Assembly: GCA_965112635.1 (NCBI GenBank) | Contig: OZ218778.1 | Coordinates: 1,536,001 to 1,600,000, forward strand | Direction of reading: 5' to 3' | Origin: an uncultured bacterium | Lineage (GTDB): Bacteria; Oederibacteriota; Oederibacteriia; Oederibacteriales; Oederibacteriaceae | Length of the DNA stretch: 64,000 nt | In this document: one piece after another, positions 10,788 through 21,080 of the stretch | Layout: the number at the start of each line of letters is the position of its first letter | How positions within the stretch are numbered: the first letter of the stretch is position 1 | Notes under the pieces: generated by a model | Databases searched by the model: none | The model's input: the letters and a program-made list of their open reading frames with translations, nothing else | Told to the model about the DNA's origin: nothing | Position numbers and translations under genes: made by a program

Positions 10788-11159
10788 ATGGTGGATATCG
10801 GGGTAGATATAGTTGAGATCGACCGTATGAAACATGCCCATAAGCGGCAAGGCAAGAGGTTTTTAAACAGGCTGTTCACCGCAGGCGAGGTTAGTTATTG
10901 TTTTAAAAAGAAAAATGCCTACCCCCACCTGGCGGCCCGGTTCGCGGCCAAGGAGGCGGTTTTTAAGGCTTTAAATATTAAAAAGATGAGAGCCTTGCCC
11001 TGGAAAGAGATAGAAGTTGTGTCCCAAAAGACAGGCAAACCGCTCATCAAGCTTTTTGGCGCTTTGGCCAAGGAAGCCAAAGCAAAGAAATTCAATAAGA
11101 TCATGGTTTCCCTGTCCCATTCACGGCATTACGCGGTAGCGCAGATCGTGGTCGTTTAA
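10788..11159 (+). CDS. acpS: Holo-ACP synthase
   Basis: 'IGVDIVEIDR', 'LAARFAAKEAVFKAL', 'VSLSHS'. Confidence 0.96.
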   Translation: MVDIGVDIVEIDRMKHAHKRQGKRFLNRLFTAGEVSYCFKKKNAYPHLAARFAAKEAVFKALNIKKMRALPWKEIEVVSQKTGKPLIKLFGALAKEAKAKKFNKIMVSLSHSRHYAVAQIVVV

Positions 11160-11198
11160 GGCGGATTAGAAAAAATATTTACTTGAGAGAGGAAATCG

Positions 11199-12755
11199 AT
11201 GAAGGTCGTCAGTGTTCAGGAAATGAAGGATATAGACCGCAGGGCCATTGAGGAATACGGCATTCCCTCCCTGGTTTTAATGGAGAACGCCGGTCTCAAC
11301 GTGGTGATGGCCATGGAAGAGGAATTCAAGATCCTGCACGCCAGGAAGATATGGGTCTTCGCCGGCAAGGGCAAGAACGGCGGGGACGGCCTGGTGGCCG
11401 CGCGCCATTTAGCCAACATGGGCAGCCAGGTCAAGGTCTATTTGCTGGCCAAAGCCAAGGATGTGAAAGGCGACACCAAGACCCAGCTGGAAATCGTTAA
11501 AAAGATGGGGATCAAGGTCCTCGAGCTGACGACCGCTGAGGACTTTGAGGCGGAAAAGGCGGAAATAGAAACAGGGGAAATATACATTGACGCCATCCTT
11601 GGCATAGGCCAGGTAGGACCTGTGGTGGATTTTCTGGCCGGCGTCATTGTTTTCCTGAATTATTTGAACAAACCCATCGTGGCCGTGGACCTTCCTTCAG
11701 GCTTGCAGGCTGACACGGGCAGGGTGGAGGGCGCCTGCATATCAGCCATGTTGACCGTGACTTTTGCCCTTCCCAAAATAGGTCTGGTCAACTATCCCGG
11801 CGCAAATTATGTTGGAAAGCTTATAGTTGCAGACATAGGAATTCCTTGGGGATTATTGCAAAGTGTTAAAATTATGATAGAGTTAATTACCAAATATCAG
11901 ATAATTCCTTTAATTCCGTTTAGAGACAGCAGTTACCACAAGGGTGCTTTTGGAAAAGTTTTAGTTATTGCGGGTTCCATGGGAATGGGAGGAGCCGCTG
12001 AGCTTGCCAGCAAAGCGGTTTTGAGGAGCGGGGCCGGATTAGCGGTCCTGGCCTGCCCCAAAAGCCTGGTACCTTGTTTTGAATCGAAATTAACAGAAGT
12101 CATTAAAAGACCGTTAGCGGAAACAAAAGACCAGAGTTTAGACAGCAAGGCCCTCGGACAAGCTTTGAAATTGAGCGAAACCGTGGACGCGGTGGCCCTG
12201 GGGCCGGGGTTGAGCCGGCATCCCAAAACCAGTGAATTTGTGGTCAAATTCCTGGGGAGAGTAGGGAAGCCGGTTGTGATCGACGCGGACGGCCTCAACG
12301 CCCTGGAAGGCCGGCCGGAAGTAATCAGGAAAATGAGGGTGCCTGTGGTGGTGACGCCCCACCCGGGCGAGATGGCCAGGCTGAAGGGCCTGACGATCAA
12401 AGAGGTCCAGAATAACAGGATAGCTGTGGCGGGGCAGTTCAGCGCCAAGAACAAGTGCGTCGTGGTTTTAAAGGGAGCGGCCACCGTGGTGGCCCATCCA
12501 GAAGGTCCTATAGGGATCAATTCTACGGGTAATTCAGGGATGGCCACGGCAGGCAGCGGGGATGTTTTGACGGGCATGATCGCCGCTTTTTTGGCCCAGG
12601 GCTTATCGGCGTGGGACGCCAGCCGGCTGGGAGTTTATTGGCACGGGCTGGCGGGAGACCTGGCCGCCAAGGCCAAAGGCGAACCGTCCATGGTCGCTTC
12701 GGATATTTTGGAAAATCTGGCTTCATCGTTTTTATCGCTGACCCAGGGAGGGTAG
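11199..12755 (+). CDS. nnr: Bifunctional NAD(P)H-hydrate epimerase/dehydratase
   Basis: 'LMENAG', 'GKGKNGGDG', 'VAVDLPSG', 'HKGAFGKV', 'VIDADGL', 'TPHPGEM', 'MATAGSGDVLTG'. Confidence 0.95.
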   Translation: MKVVSVQEMKDIDRRAIEEYGIPSLVLMENAGLNVVMAMEEEFKILHARKIWVFAGKGKNGGDGLVAARHLANMGSQVKVYLLAKAKDVKGDTKTQLEIVKKMGIKVLELTTAEDFEAEKAEIETGEIYIDAILGIGQVGPVVDFLAGVIVFLNYLNKPIVAVDLPSGLQADTGRVEGACISAMLTVTFALPKIGLVNYPGANYVGKLIVADIGIPWGLLQSVKIMIELITKYQIIPLIPFRDSSYHKGAFGKVLVIAGSMGMGGAAELASKAVLRSGAGLAVLACPKSLVPCFESKLTEVIKRPLAETKDQSLDSKALGQALKLSETVDAVALGPGLSRHPKTSEFVVKFLGRVGKPVVIDADGLNALEGRPEVIRKMRVPVVVTPHPGEMARLKGLTIKEVQNNRIAVAGQFSAKNKCVVVLKGAATVVAHPEGPIGINSTGNSGMATAGSGDVLTGMIAAFLAQGLSAWDASRLGVYWHGLAGDLAAKAKGEPSMVASDILENLASSFLSLTQGG

Positions 12756-12761
12756 CAGGCT

Positions 12762-13496
12762 TTGATCAGTCATTATATGTTGATCGGTGTGTTCCTGGCG
12801 GTCCTGCCCATCAGTATAGGCTGGACCCTGATCAAAACATTGGAAAAGCTTTCGGAAAGAAAGCAGATCAGGAAGTGGGACAAGTTCTGGAAAAAGCGTT
12901 GGGAAGACGAGCATCAATACCCGTTTGTCTATTTCATCCGTGAAGTAAGGCTCAAACTCAAAGCCGCCACGCGGATCAGGAGATTGGTGGGTTTTTATAT
13001 CGCCATATTCTTCCTGGCAGGAGTGGCCCTGGTCGTCGACCATGTTTATTACATCCCGTTCCTTTCCAACAACCAGGTCCTGGCCATGGCCTGGCTTCTG
13101 CTCATCGTGCTGTTCGCCTATTTCATCCCGGCCTATGTTTATTACGAGATGGAAAAACACGTTTACAAAGAGATGATCTACCAGATCAACGGCATCCTGC
13201 ACAGGGAGAGGTACGAAGAGGTGGAGAGGATCAAGGCGGAATACGAGCTTAAAAAGGCCCGGGAAGCCCAGGGCTTCCTGGAACCCATGGAGCCTGAGCC
13301 TCTCGCGCCGCCCGTTCCTGCGTCTGTCCAGGCAGAGGCGCCCAAGCCGGAAGAGCCGCCCCAGATCCTTCCTCTTCTGGACGAGGAGACGCCCCCGCCG
13401 CCCAGCAACACCATCCTTGAAAAGGTCAGGGATATGGGCCCTGATGCCACGGCCCACGCCATCAAAGCCTTTCTTTCCCAGGACGCTAAAGCCTAG
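12762..13496 (+). CDS. Hypothetical membrane protein (about 3 TM, Pro-rich cytoplasmic tail)
   Basis: Fills the gap between nnr and the next gene; hydrophobic segments; TTG start. Confidence 0.65.
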   Translation: MISHYMLIGVFLAVLPISIGWTLIKTLEKLSERKQIRKWDKFWKKRWEDEHQYPFVYFIREVRLKLKAATRIRRLVGFYIAIFFLAGVALVVDHVYYIPFLSNNQVLAMAWLLLIVLFAYFIPAYVYYEMEKHVYKEMIYQINGILHRERYEEVERIKAEYELKKAREAQGFLEPMEPEPLAPPVPASVQAEAPKPEEPPQILPLLDEETPPPPSNTILEKVRDMGPDATAHAIKAFLSQDAKA

Positions 13497-13501
13497 TTTG
13501 A

Positions 13502-15655
13502 ATGCAGCCTGAGACATCGTCTTCCGGCGGTCCACCAGTCAAAGGTTCCAGCCTTGTCCACCATGTCCCTACAGGTGTTCTAATCTTGTTGCTTTTTTTA
13601 CTTCCGCTCGTTTTTTCCCTGCAGTCGCACGACCCTTTCCGGCCCCTGCAACTTTGCCTGGCTGAAACAGGCACCCTGCTGGCCATCCTGCTCTGGATGC
13701 TGCCCCTCACCACCCAGGCAATCCTTCCGCTGGTCAGGACTGGTTTGGGCTGGCCTGTGTTCATTTTTTTCCTGCTCAGTTTTCTCTCCTGCTTTGGAGC
13801 GCCGAACCAAGCCGTGGCCTGGAGGGGTTTGGGCGAGACCCTTTGCTGGATCTTGTTCTATTATATTTTCACCCAGCTTGGGCTTGGCCGCAAAACAAGG
13901 ATGACCGTGCTGGCCGCCATCCTCGCCGCGACCTGCCTCACCAGCCTGTATTCGCTGGTCCAGCTGGCCGGGCTTGACCCCGTTGCCTGGGACAACCAGT
14001 TCCAGGGACGAATGTTCGGCACTTTTGGCAACCCGGATTTTTTGGCCGGTCATTTGGTCCTGGTGGCCCCGCTCTGCCTGGCCTTGTTCCTGGCGGGGGA
14101 GGGACGGCCGGTGAAGATCATATTCGGCGGTCTTGGCCTCTTGTTCCTTGTCTGCCTGGCAGGGACCCAGACGCGGGGAGCTTGGCTGGGTTTGGGCGTG
14201 TCCGTTCTTTTTATGGCCTGCTTGGGATGGAAATATTTCCAGGGACAGTGGCTGAAGAACAAGGCGTGGTTCTTCGGATTTGGCGGGACCGTGATCGTCC
14301 TCCTGCTTTTATTCTTCAGCCTGGCCGGCACATCCAGGATCACGGCGCTTTTCAACCCATCGGCTGAAGGCAACCTCAACCAGCGTTTATTCCTGTGGAA
14401 AGGGACTTTGGGGATCATCAGGGACCATCCCTGGACAGGAGTGGGCTGCGATAATTTTAAGATCGTCTATCCCCTTTATGAGGGAAAGCTGGCCGCCAGT
14501 ATGCCCGGACGATCCGTGCCCTACCACCGCTCCGATCACAGCCATAACGACTTTTTGCAGATGGCCGCGGAGAGGGGTCTAGCCTGCCTGGGCGTTTTCC
14601 TTTGGATCATAGTGATCGTTTTCCGGCAAGGATTGGCCAATATCCGCCAATGGCAGGCCCAGACCAAAACCCCGTGGTTCAGGGAGGACGCCGTGTGCCT
14701 GGGGCTTATGGCAGGCTTGGCGGGTTTGCTGGTCCACGCCTTTTTCAACTTCCCTTTACGGGTCGTGCCCACGAGTATGACCTTCTGGTGTTTTATCGGC
14801 GTCATCATGCTGTCCAAACCAGACCTCAGTGGCCAGGTGATAGAGGTTCCGCTGGTCCCTGCGGCGGCGGATATCAAAAAACCAGGTAAATTCAAGGTTC
14901 CGTCAAGTTCAATCCCAAACCCGGCGGCCTCGGTTTTTAACCGCACAGCAGCCCAGATGGTCATCGCCGGGGTCATGGCGCTGCTGGTCTATTTTATCGT
15001 CCAGCCCTTTTTGTTCGAAAAAAGCTGGAAGGTCGGGCTGGGTGAGGAGAGCCTGGGGGATCTCAACCAAGCCGCCCAAGCCTATCAGGCCGCAGCGCAA
15101 TTTTCACCGGAGAACTGGGAAGCCCACTTCAGGCTGGCCTCGGTATGCCGCAGGCTGAACCAGGCCGGCCAGGCGTCAGGGGAATATGAGAAGGCGCTCC
15201 AGGACAGCCCCTATGAGGCCGAGGTTTGGGCTGAGGCCGGGCTTTTCTACTGCCAGCAGGGAAATTTCAAGCTGGGGCTGGCCGATACGGCCCAGGCGGT
15301 GCTTTTGGCCCCGCATTACGGCCAGGGCCGCTTTTTTGCCGGAAACGCCCATATGCTGGCCGGCCAGCTTTCCCAAGCCGAGGAACAATACAATAAGGCC
15401 ATCCAGTTAGACCCTGGTTCAGCCGAGTCGCATAACGCCCTGGCCGTGGTTTACGGCAGGCAGGGAAAATATTCCCTGGCCGTCAGCGAAGAGCAGGAAG
15501 CCGTCCGCCTAAGGCCCGGCTACGAAGAGGCCCTGACCAATCTGGGCGTGAGCTATTTCAAGACCGGCAAGGTAAGACAGGCCCGCGCCATAGCCCAACA
15601 AGTCCTGCAGATGGACCCCCGCAACCCCATTGCCCGGCAAATCCTTGCCAGGTAG
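13502..15655 (+). CDS. O-antigen ligase/O-oligosaccharyltransferase-family membrane protein with C-terminal TPRs
   Basis: About 12 TM; 'GTFGNPDFLAG', 'TQTRGAWLG', 'HPWTGVG', 'HSHNDFLQMAAERG'; TPR tail. Confidence 0.85.
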   Translation: MQPETSSSGGPPVKGSSLVHHVPTGVLILLLFLLPLVFSLQSHDPFRPLQLCLAETGTLLAILLWMLPLTTQAILPLVRTGLGWPVFIFFLLSFLSCFGAPNQAVAWRGLGETLCWILFYYIFTQLGLGRKTRMTVLAAILAATCLTSLYSLVQLAGLDPVAWDNQFQGRMFGTFGNPDFLAGHLVLVAPLCLALFLAGEGRPVKIIFGGLGLLFLVCLAGTQTRGAWLGLGVSVLFMACLGWKYFQGQWLKNKAWFFGFGGTVIVLLLLFFSLAGTSRITALFNPSAEGNLNQRLFLWKGTLGIIRDHPWTGVGCDNFKIVYPLYEGKLAASMPGRSVPYHRSDHSHNDFLQMAAERGLACLGVFLWIIVIVFRQGLANIRQWQAQTKTPWFREDAVCLGLMAGLAGLLVHAFFNFPLRVVPTSMTFWCFIGVIMLSKPDLSGQVIEVPLVPAAADIKKPGKFKVPSSSIPNPAASVFNRTAAQMVIAGVMALLVYFIVQPFLFEKSWKVGLGEESLGDLNQAAQAYQAAAQFSPENWEAHFRLASVCRRLNQAGQASGEYEKALQDSPYEAEVWAEAGLFYCQQGNFKLGLADTAQAVLLAPHYGQGRFFAGNAHMLAGQLSQAEEQYNKAIQLDPGSAESHNALAVVYGRQGKYSLAVSEEQEAVRLRPGYEEALTNLGVSYFKTGKVRQARAIAQQVLQMDPRNPIARQILAR

Positions 15656-15724
15656 CAGGACCGGTCCTCTCCCGGTGTGTTAAAATCAGTTTAACCGGTC
15701 CATATTTTGAACAAGGAGCCCTCT

Positions 15725-17917
15725 ATGACGGATAGTGCCGCGGCTGTTCCCATCGCGGAGCCTCTGGGCATCAGCGCCATCCTGGAAAAGGTCAAAGCCC
15801 ACAATTCCGGGACCAACCTGGGATTGATCAGGCGGGCCTACGATTTCGCGGTCAAAGCGCACGCTGACCAAAAAAGGATGTCCGGCGAAAGCGTGCTGGT
15901 GCATTTGCTGGCCGTGGCCGACCTTTTGGCGGACTTCCACATGGACGAGACCACCATCAGCGCCGGTCTGCTGCATGACGTGCTGGAGGACACGGCCGTC
16001 ACGGCCAAGGAGATGAGGGAGGCCTTCGGCGGGGAGATCACCGACCTGGTCGAGGGCGTGACCCACATCAGCACCCTGCGGGCCGTGTCCCGGGAAGAGC
16101 GCCAGATGGAGAACCTGCGGCGCATGTTCCTGGCCATGGCCAAGGATATCAGGGTGGTCCTGATCAAGCTTTCCGACAGGCTCCACAACATGCGCACCCT
16201 TTCCTACCTGCCCGAAGACAAGATCATGCGGATCAGCCTGGAGACCATGGATGTTTACGCGCCTTTGGCGCACCGGCTGGGGATTTACCGGGTAAAATCC
16301 GAACTGGAAGACCTGTGCCTGCGCTACCTCCACCCCGACATCTACCGGGACCTCAAGGAAAAGGTCTCCCAAAAAGCCGCGGAGCGGAACCGCAGGGTGG
16401 AAAAGGCCATCGCCCTGCTGCAGGAGCAGCTGGACCAGGCCGGGATCAAGGCCCAGGTGCAGGGAAGGCCCAAGCATTTTTACAGCATTTACCAGAAGAT
16501 GCAAAAAGGAAAGGCGTTCGAGGAGATCTTCGACCTCAACGCGGTCAGGGTCATCACCGAGGACGTCAAGGACTGCTACGCGGTTTTGGGCTGCGTGCAT
16601 AACCTGTGGAAGCCGGTGCCGGGCAGGTTCAAAGACTATATCGCCATGCCCAAGTCCAACCTCTACCAGTCCCTGCACACCACGGTGGTCAGTCCGGAGG
16701 GCGAGCCTCTAGAGATCCAGATACGGACCAAAGAGATGCACGCCACGGCCGAGTTCGGGGTGGCGGCCCATTGGAGGTACAAGGACGGCCGGGCTGGGCC
16801 CACCGATCTTGACGCCAAATTCATCTGGCTGAGGGAGCTTTTGGAGTCGCACCAGGACGCCAAACCTCCGGCCGAGCTGGTGGAGAACCTCAAAAAGGAC
16901 CTGTTCACGGACGAGGTTTTTGTTTTCACCCCCAAGGGCGAGGTCGTCCAGCTGCCCCGGGGCAGCAGTCCCATTGATTTTGCCTACGCCATCCATTCCA
17001 ACGTCGGCAACCATTGCGGGGGCGCCAGGGTCAACGGGAAAATGACCCCTTTGAAGACCGCGCTCAAGAACGGCGACATCGTGGAGATCGTCATCACCAA
17101 GACCCACGAGCCCAGCCAGCAGTGGCTCAGGTGGGTCAAAACTTCCAAGGCCAAGAACCACATCCGCAGGCTCCTCAAGCAAAAGGCCAGCCTGGAGAAC
17201 CAGGCCAAAGGCAAACGCCTGGTGGAAGAGGAGATCAGCCGCCAGCATTTGGACGCCCAGGCAGTGCTCAGGCAGGAAGAGGACTGGCTCAAAGCCGCCA
17301 GGGCCTTTAACCTGGCCGCGGTGGAGGAGCTGTGGGAGGAAATCGGTTACGGCAATTTCTCGCCCAAGATGGCCCTGGCCAAGGTCATGCCCGGGCTTTA
17401 CCAACAGCAGGAAGAAGAGGAAAAACGCGAGACGCCCAAGCCCAAAAAGTCCAAGGACGGCATCATCGTGGCCGGGCTGGGGGACGTGATGCTCAGGATC
17501 GCCAAATGCTGCAACCCGCTGCCGGGCGAAAAAATAGTCGGGTACCTCAGCCATAACCGGGGCCTGTCCATCCACCTGGTGGAATGTCCCAATATCCTGT
17601 CTCTGGACCACGAGAACGACAAACTGGTCACGGCGGAGTGGGAGAGCGACAGGGAAAGCGGCAAGGCCGGGGTCTACAGCGCGGAGATCGTGTGCAAAGC
17701 CAGGGATAGGGCCAATCTTTTAGCCGACATCCTGCAGGCCATTTCCGGGCAGGGAGTGGCCATCGAGTCGGCCAGCGCCGGGGCGACCGGCCTGGGGCTG
17801 GCCAGCGCCCGGATCACGGTGAGGGTGGAGCATATCCATGAGCTGGCTAGGGTTTTGAAGGCTGTCAGCGGGGTCAAGGATGTGCTGGAGGTCAAACGGG
17901 CCGGGCCTTTGTCCTAG
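15725..17917 (+). CDS. relA: Bifunctional (p)ppGpp synthetase/hydrolase (long RSH)
   Basis: HD 'LLHDVLED', 'DRLHNMRTL', 'RFKDYIAMPKSNLYQSLHTT', 'EIQIRT', TGS, 'CCNP' zinc finger, ACT; SD AAGGAG before ATG 15725. Confidence 0.95.
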   Translation: MTDSAAAVPIAEPLGISAILEKVKAHNSGTNLGLIRRAYDFAVKAHADQKRMSGESVLVHLLAVADLLADFHMDETTISAGLLHDVLEDTAVTAKEMREAFGGEITDLVEGVTHISTLRAVSREERQMENLRRMFLAMAKDIRVVLIKLSDRLHNMRTLSYLPEDKIMRISLETMDVYAPLAHRLGIYRVKSELEDLCLRYLHPDIYRDLKEKVSQKAAERNRRVEKAIALLQEQLDQAGIKAQVQGRPKHFYSIYQKMQKGKAFEEIFDLNAVRVITEDVKDCYAVLGCVHNLWKPVPGRFKDYIAMPKSNLYQSLHTTVVSPEGEPLEIQIRTKEMHATAEFGVAAHWRYKDGRAGPTDLDAKFIWLRELLESHQDAKPPAELVENLKKDLFTDEVFVFTPKGEVVQLPRGSSPIDFAYAIHSNVGNHCGGARVNGKMTPLKTALKNGDIVEIVITKTHEPSQQWLRWVKTSKAKNHIRRLLKQKASLENQAKGKRLVEEEISRQHLDAQAVLRQEEDWLKAARAFNLAAVEELWEEIGYGNFSPKMALAKVMPGLYQQQEEEEKRETPKPKKSKDGIIVAGLGDVMLRIAKCCNPLPGEKIVGYLSHNRGLSIHLVECPNILSLDHENDKLVTAEWESDRESGKAGVYSAEIVCKARDRANLLADILQAISGQGVAIESASAGATGLGLASARITVRVEHIHELARVLKAVSGVKDVLEVKRAGPLS

Positions 17918-17993
17918 GAAACGCATTGTGTTTGATCAATGAGCCAAATTATCTCACCGCTGGGGGCTAGGCTGGCGCCTAGTGCTAAAAACA

Positions 17994-18031
17994 AAAATCC
18001 CCTGGCCCATAGGGGCCAGGGGATTTTCTTT
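17994..18031. terminator. Bidirectional intrinsic terminator between relA and convergent genes
   Basis: AAAATCCCCTGGCCC-ATAG-GGGCCAGGGGATTTT perfect hairpin with A/T tracts on both sides. Confidence 0.85.
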
Positions 18032-18052
18032 AAGAACGTTCTTAAAACTAAA

Positions 18053-18583
18053 TTACATTCCCAGTGTCACAGCCAGTGTAGCGACTGTAGCATTGAGGTT
18101 CGGGCACGCCGTACCATTGGCGGTCATTGCACCCGTGTTGGCAAATCTGGCATCCAGGTTGAAATCCAGGGACGCGTTGACTTTCTCGCCTTTGCCGGCA
18201 AGGAGTTTGACGGTTCCACGGACATCCACCACTGGGACTACAGGTGAGGCGCTGAACACGCCGCCCGCAGTGACAGCCGCTTGACCGAGGCCGAGGCCGA
18301 CAGCAACTGAGTTGCTGAGCCATTTGTCCACAGTCACCTCAGTGATATTGATTGTACCAGGGGCCAAAAGGGCGACCTGCACCGAGTTAGCTTCTGTGCG
18401 GATTCCATAACCAAAATCGTCAGCATACCAGTTCAACTGACTGGCTGTTCCGACTGATGTTCCCAACACCGCGTTAGCGTATGTTGCATAATTTGCTCCC
18501 CAGGTGAAAGACACCGTGGAAGCTTGGGCCATTGCGCCAAAAGCGAACATGGCCACAATAGCGAGTAACAGAGCTTTCTTCAT
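18053..18583 (-). CDS. Secreted, putative small outer-membrane beta-barrel protein
   Basis: Signal peptide 'MKKALLLAIVAMFAFGAMAQA'; alternating beta-strand pattern; SD AAGGAGGG. Confidence 0.7.
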   Translation of the reverse strand: MKKALLLAIVAMFAFGAMAQASTVSFTWGANYATYANAVLGTSVGTASQLNWYADDFGYGIRTEANSVQVALLAPGTINITEVTVDKWLSNSVAVGLGLGQAAVTAGGVFSASPVVPVVDVRGTVKLLAGKGEKVNASLDFNLDARFANTGAMTANGTACPNLNATVATLAVTLGM

Positions 18584-18613
18584 TTATATCCCTCCTTGAA
18601 ATTTTATATTTTT

Positions 18614-19288
18614 TTAGAACCCGATCGTGACACCCAGCGAAACATCCACACTGTTCAAGTTATTGACAGCGCTGATGCTGCTGGCACCGCCCGCCGCGTT
18701 GGTTTCCTGATATCCCAGAACATTACAATCGGGAACAGGAATGAAACGCACTGCCGCGGCCAAATCAACTTCTGACCAGAGACCTTTGGACTTGGCGCTG
18801 AGCATGGCCCATTTACCGCGAAGGCCGATCACTGGATAACTGCCCGTTAATGAGGCAGGGGTTCCGAAATCAGTTGCAAAAGCTCCTGCTGCACCATTGC
18901 GGGTAAAGACATCTGAAGTATCCTGAGCTCTGGCCACACCCATTTCAATACCTGCTGACAGCATATCCAAGCCCGGGATCGTGGAGTTGATGTCCAGTCC
19001 GGTCATGTTGATAGTGCCGTTGTAGGTCTCTTGATAGTTGATGGTGTTGGTATATGACATTTGGGCGCGAAGACTACCAGCTTCGTTGAACACACCAATT
19101 GTCATGGTATCCCCAATCTGCCAGCCCAGGTCGAACCTGTTGCTGAATCCCTGCATTGTAAAGTTGGAAGTTAATGGGATCGTCGGGCCGACATTCCACA
19201 TGAAACCTAACCCGGCGTTATCGGCTGACACCATCTGGCTCCCAGCCAATGCAAAGATGCATACCGCTAAAACTAAAGCTTTCTTCAT
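18614..19288 (-). CDS. Secreted, putative outer-membrane beta-barrel protein (paralogue of its neighbour)
   Basis: Signal peptide 'MKKALVLAVCIFALAGSQMVSA'; C-terminal Phe beta-signal-like 'VSLGVTIGF'; SD GGAGGTG. Confidence 0.72.
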   Translation of the reverse strand: MKKALVLAVCIFALAGSQMVSADNAGLGFMWNVGPTIPLTSNFTMQGFSNRFDLGWQIGDTMTIGVFNEAGSLRAQMSYTNTINYQETYNGTINMTGLDINSTIPGLDMLSAGIEMGVARAQDTSDVFTRNGAAGAFATDFGTPASLTGSYPVIGLRGKWAMLSAKSKGLWSEVDLAAAVRFIPVPDCNVLGYQETNAAGGASSISAVNNLNSVDVSLGVTIGF

Positions 19289-19343
19289 TTTATAAATCAC
19301 CTCCTCATTATTGAGTTTAATGTACTATAACTTATTAGGCTAA

Positions 19344-19371
19344 ATCCTATAATATTATACGAATTTGTCAA
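19344..19371 (-). promoter_or_regulatory. Possible sigma70 promoter for the two barrel genes
   Basis: Minus strand TTGACA-16 nt-TAGGAT; the palindrome TATAATATTATA overlaps the spacer and the -10 box. Confidence 0.35.
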
Positions 19372-19661
19372 GGGTTAGGGCCCAAATTCCTCTATTTATT
19401 AGCATAATATTAGCGGTAAAAATACGGCTTTTTTGCTTGAGACCTCCCATTGTGGGGTTTAAGGGGGTTTTTAGGCATGGGTTAAAAACACGGGTTGGGC
19501 TGTTTTGGCGGTGTGTCGGGGAAATAACAGGTTTTTAGGGATGGGCCGCTCCACCACAGGAAGGATTGTTTTGAAATCCCAGTACTATATATAGTAAGCC
19601 CCCGTTTAAAAAAAATGAAAAGCCTTCCATAAGGTAATTTATGGGTACGATAAAAAAATTT

Positions 19662-21080
19662 TTATTTCAAATAGTCGCTGAGGAGGAAGAAGAAGCTGGG
19701 CCAGAGGCCGGTCAAAAGCACCCCCAGAGCCATGAGCAAGGCCGCGAACCGGGCGTTGTCGGAGGCGGGTGGAACCTGTCCTTTGGCTTCGCTTTCAGGC
19801 CTCATGTAGAGGTAAACAAGGATCCTGAGGTAATAGTAGGCGGAGATGGCGCTATTCAGGACAGCCAGGATGGTCAGCCAGAGGTAGCCGCCCTTGATGG
19901 CGCTGCTGAAAAGATAAAATTTGGCCATAAACCCGCCTGTAGGCGGCACGCCGGTCAGGGAGAGCATGAACACGGCCATGCAAAAGCCGGCTACCGGCTG
20001 TTTGTAGCCCAGGCCGCTGTAGGCGCTGATATCCAGGTTTTGGCCGGCTTTCCCTTCCCATCCCAGCACCAGGCTGAAGGCGCCCAGGGTCATCAGGGTA
20101 TAGACGAACAGGTAAAAAACCATGGGGAAGGAGCCCTGGCCCAGGACCAGCACGCCGATAAGGATGTATCCGGTCTGGGCGATGCTGGAATAGGCGAGCA
20201 TGCGTTTGACATTGTCCTGCCTGATGGCCAAAACATTGCCCACGGTCATGGTGGCCAGGGCCAAAACCCACCACAGCAAGTTCCAGTCCGGCATTGTTCC
20301 CAAAAATATCCCCTGGACCACCCTGATGAGCATGACAAACCCGGCTACTTTTCCGGCCGTGGCCAGGTAGGCCGTGACCGGGGTGGGCGCGCCTTCGTAA
20401 GTGTCCGGTATCCACATATGGAAAGGCACGGCGCCGACCTTAAAAGCCAGGCCGATGACAAAGAGCACGCAGGCCGCTTTGACCAGACCGGCCTGATTCC
20501 CTGACGCGGCCAGGAGTGCCGGGATGGCCGAAAGGTCCAGGGAGCCCGTGGCCCCGTAGATGAGGCTGAGGCCGTAGAGCAAAAACCCGCTGGCAAAGGC
20601 GCTCAAAAGGAAATATTTCAGGGACGCTTCCCTGGACCGGGGGTTAGCCCGGTCAAACCCGGCCAGCACATACAAGGCCAGGGAAAAGGTCTCCAGGGCC
20701 AGGAACAGGGTGACCAAATTCTGGCTGGACACCATCCAGAGCATGCCCAGGCTGGCAAAAAGGATGAGGCCGTAGTATTCAGCCTGGTTGTTCTTGTTCT
20801 CCTGCAGGTAGGGATGGGAGACCAGTAAAGTCAAAAAGGTCACGCCCAGGATGATGAGGCTGGCGACCCAGGACAGGGGATCGCTCCAAAGCATGTTATG
20901 GAACAGGCCGGCCGGCTCCAGGCTGAAATTGTCCACCTGGACGATGGCGGCTATGCCCGTGCCCAGGAGGGCCACGGCCAGGTTAAGGGTCTTGTCCGTT
21001 TCCGGGCTGATGAGGTCCAGGCTGAGAGCCACCAGGGCGGTCAAGAAGAGTATGGCCGAAGGCATCCAGAGATGGGTCAT
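19662..21080 (-). CDS. nuoN: NADH-quinone oxidoreductase subunit N
   Basis: 'EASLKYFLL', 'FKVGAVPFHMWIPDTYEGAPTP', 'KRMLAYSSIA'. Confidence 0.95.
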   Translation of the reverse strand: MTHLWMPSAILFLTALVALSLDLISPETDKTLNLAVALLGTGIAAIVQVDNFSLEPAGLFHNMLWSDPLSWVASLIILGVTFLTLLVSHPYLQENKNNQAEYYGLILFASLGMLWMVSSQNLVTLFLALETFSLALYVLAGFDRANPRSREASLKYFLLSAFASGFLLYGLSLIYGATGSLDLSAIPALLAASGNQAGLVKAACVLFVIGLAFKVGAVPFHMWIPDTYEGAPTPVTAYLATAGKVAGFVMLIRVVQGIFLGTMPDWNLLWWVLALATMTVGNVLAIRQDNVKRMLAYSSIAQTGYILIGVLVLGQGSFPMVFYLFVYTLMTLGAFSLVLGWEGKAGQNLDISAYSGLGYKQPVAGFCMAVFMLSLTGVPPTGGFMAKFYLFSSAIKGGYLWLTILAVLNSAISAYYYLRILVYLYMRPESEAKGQVPPASDNARFAALLMALGVLLTGLWPSFFFLLSDYLK

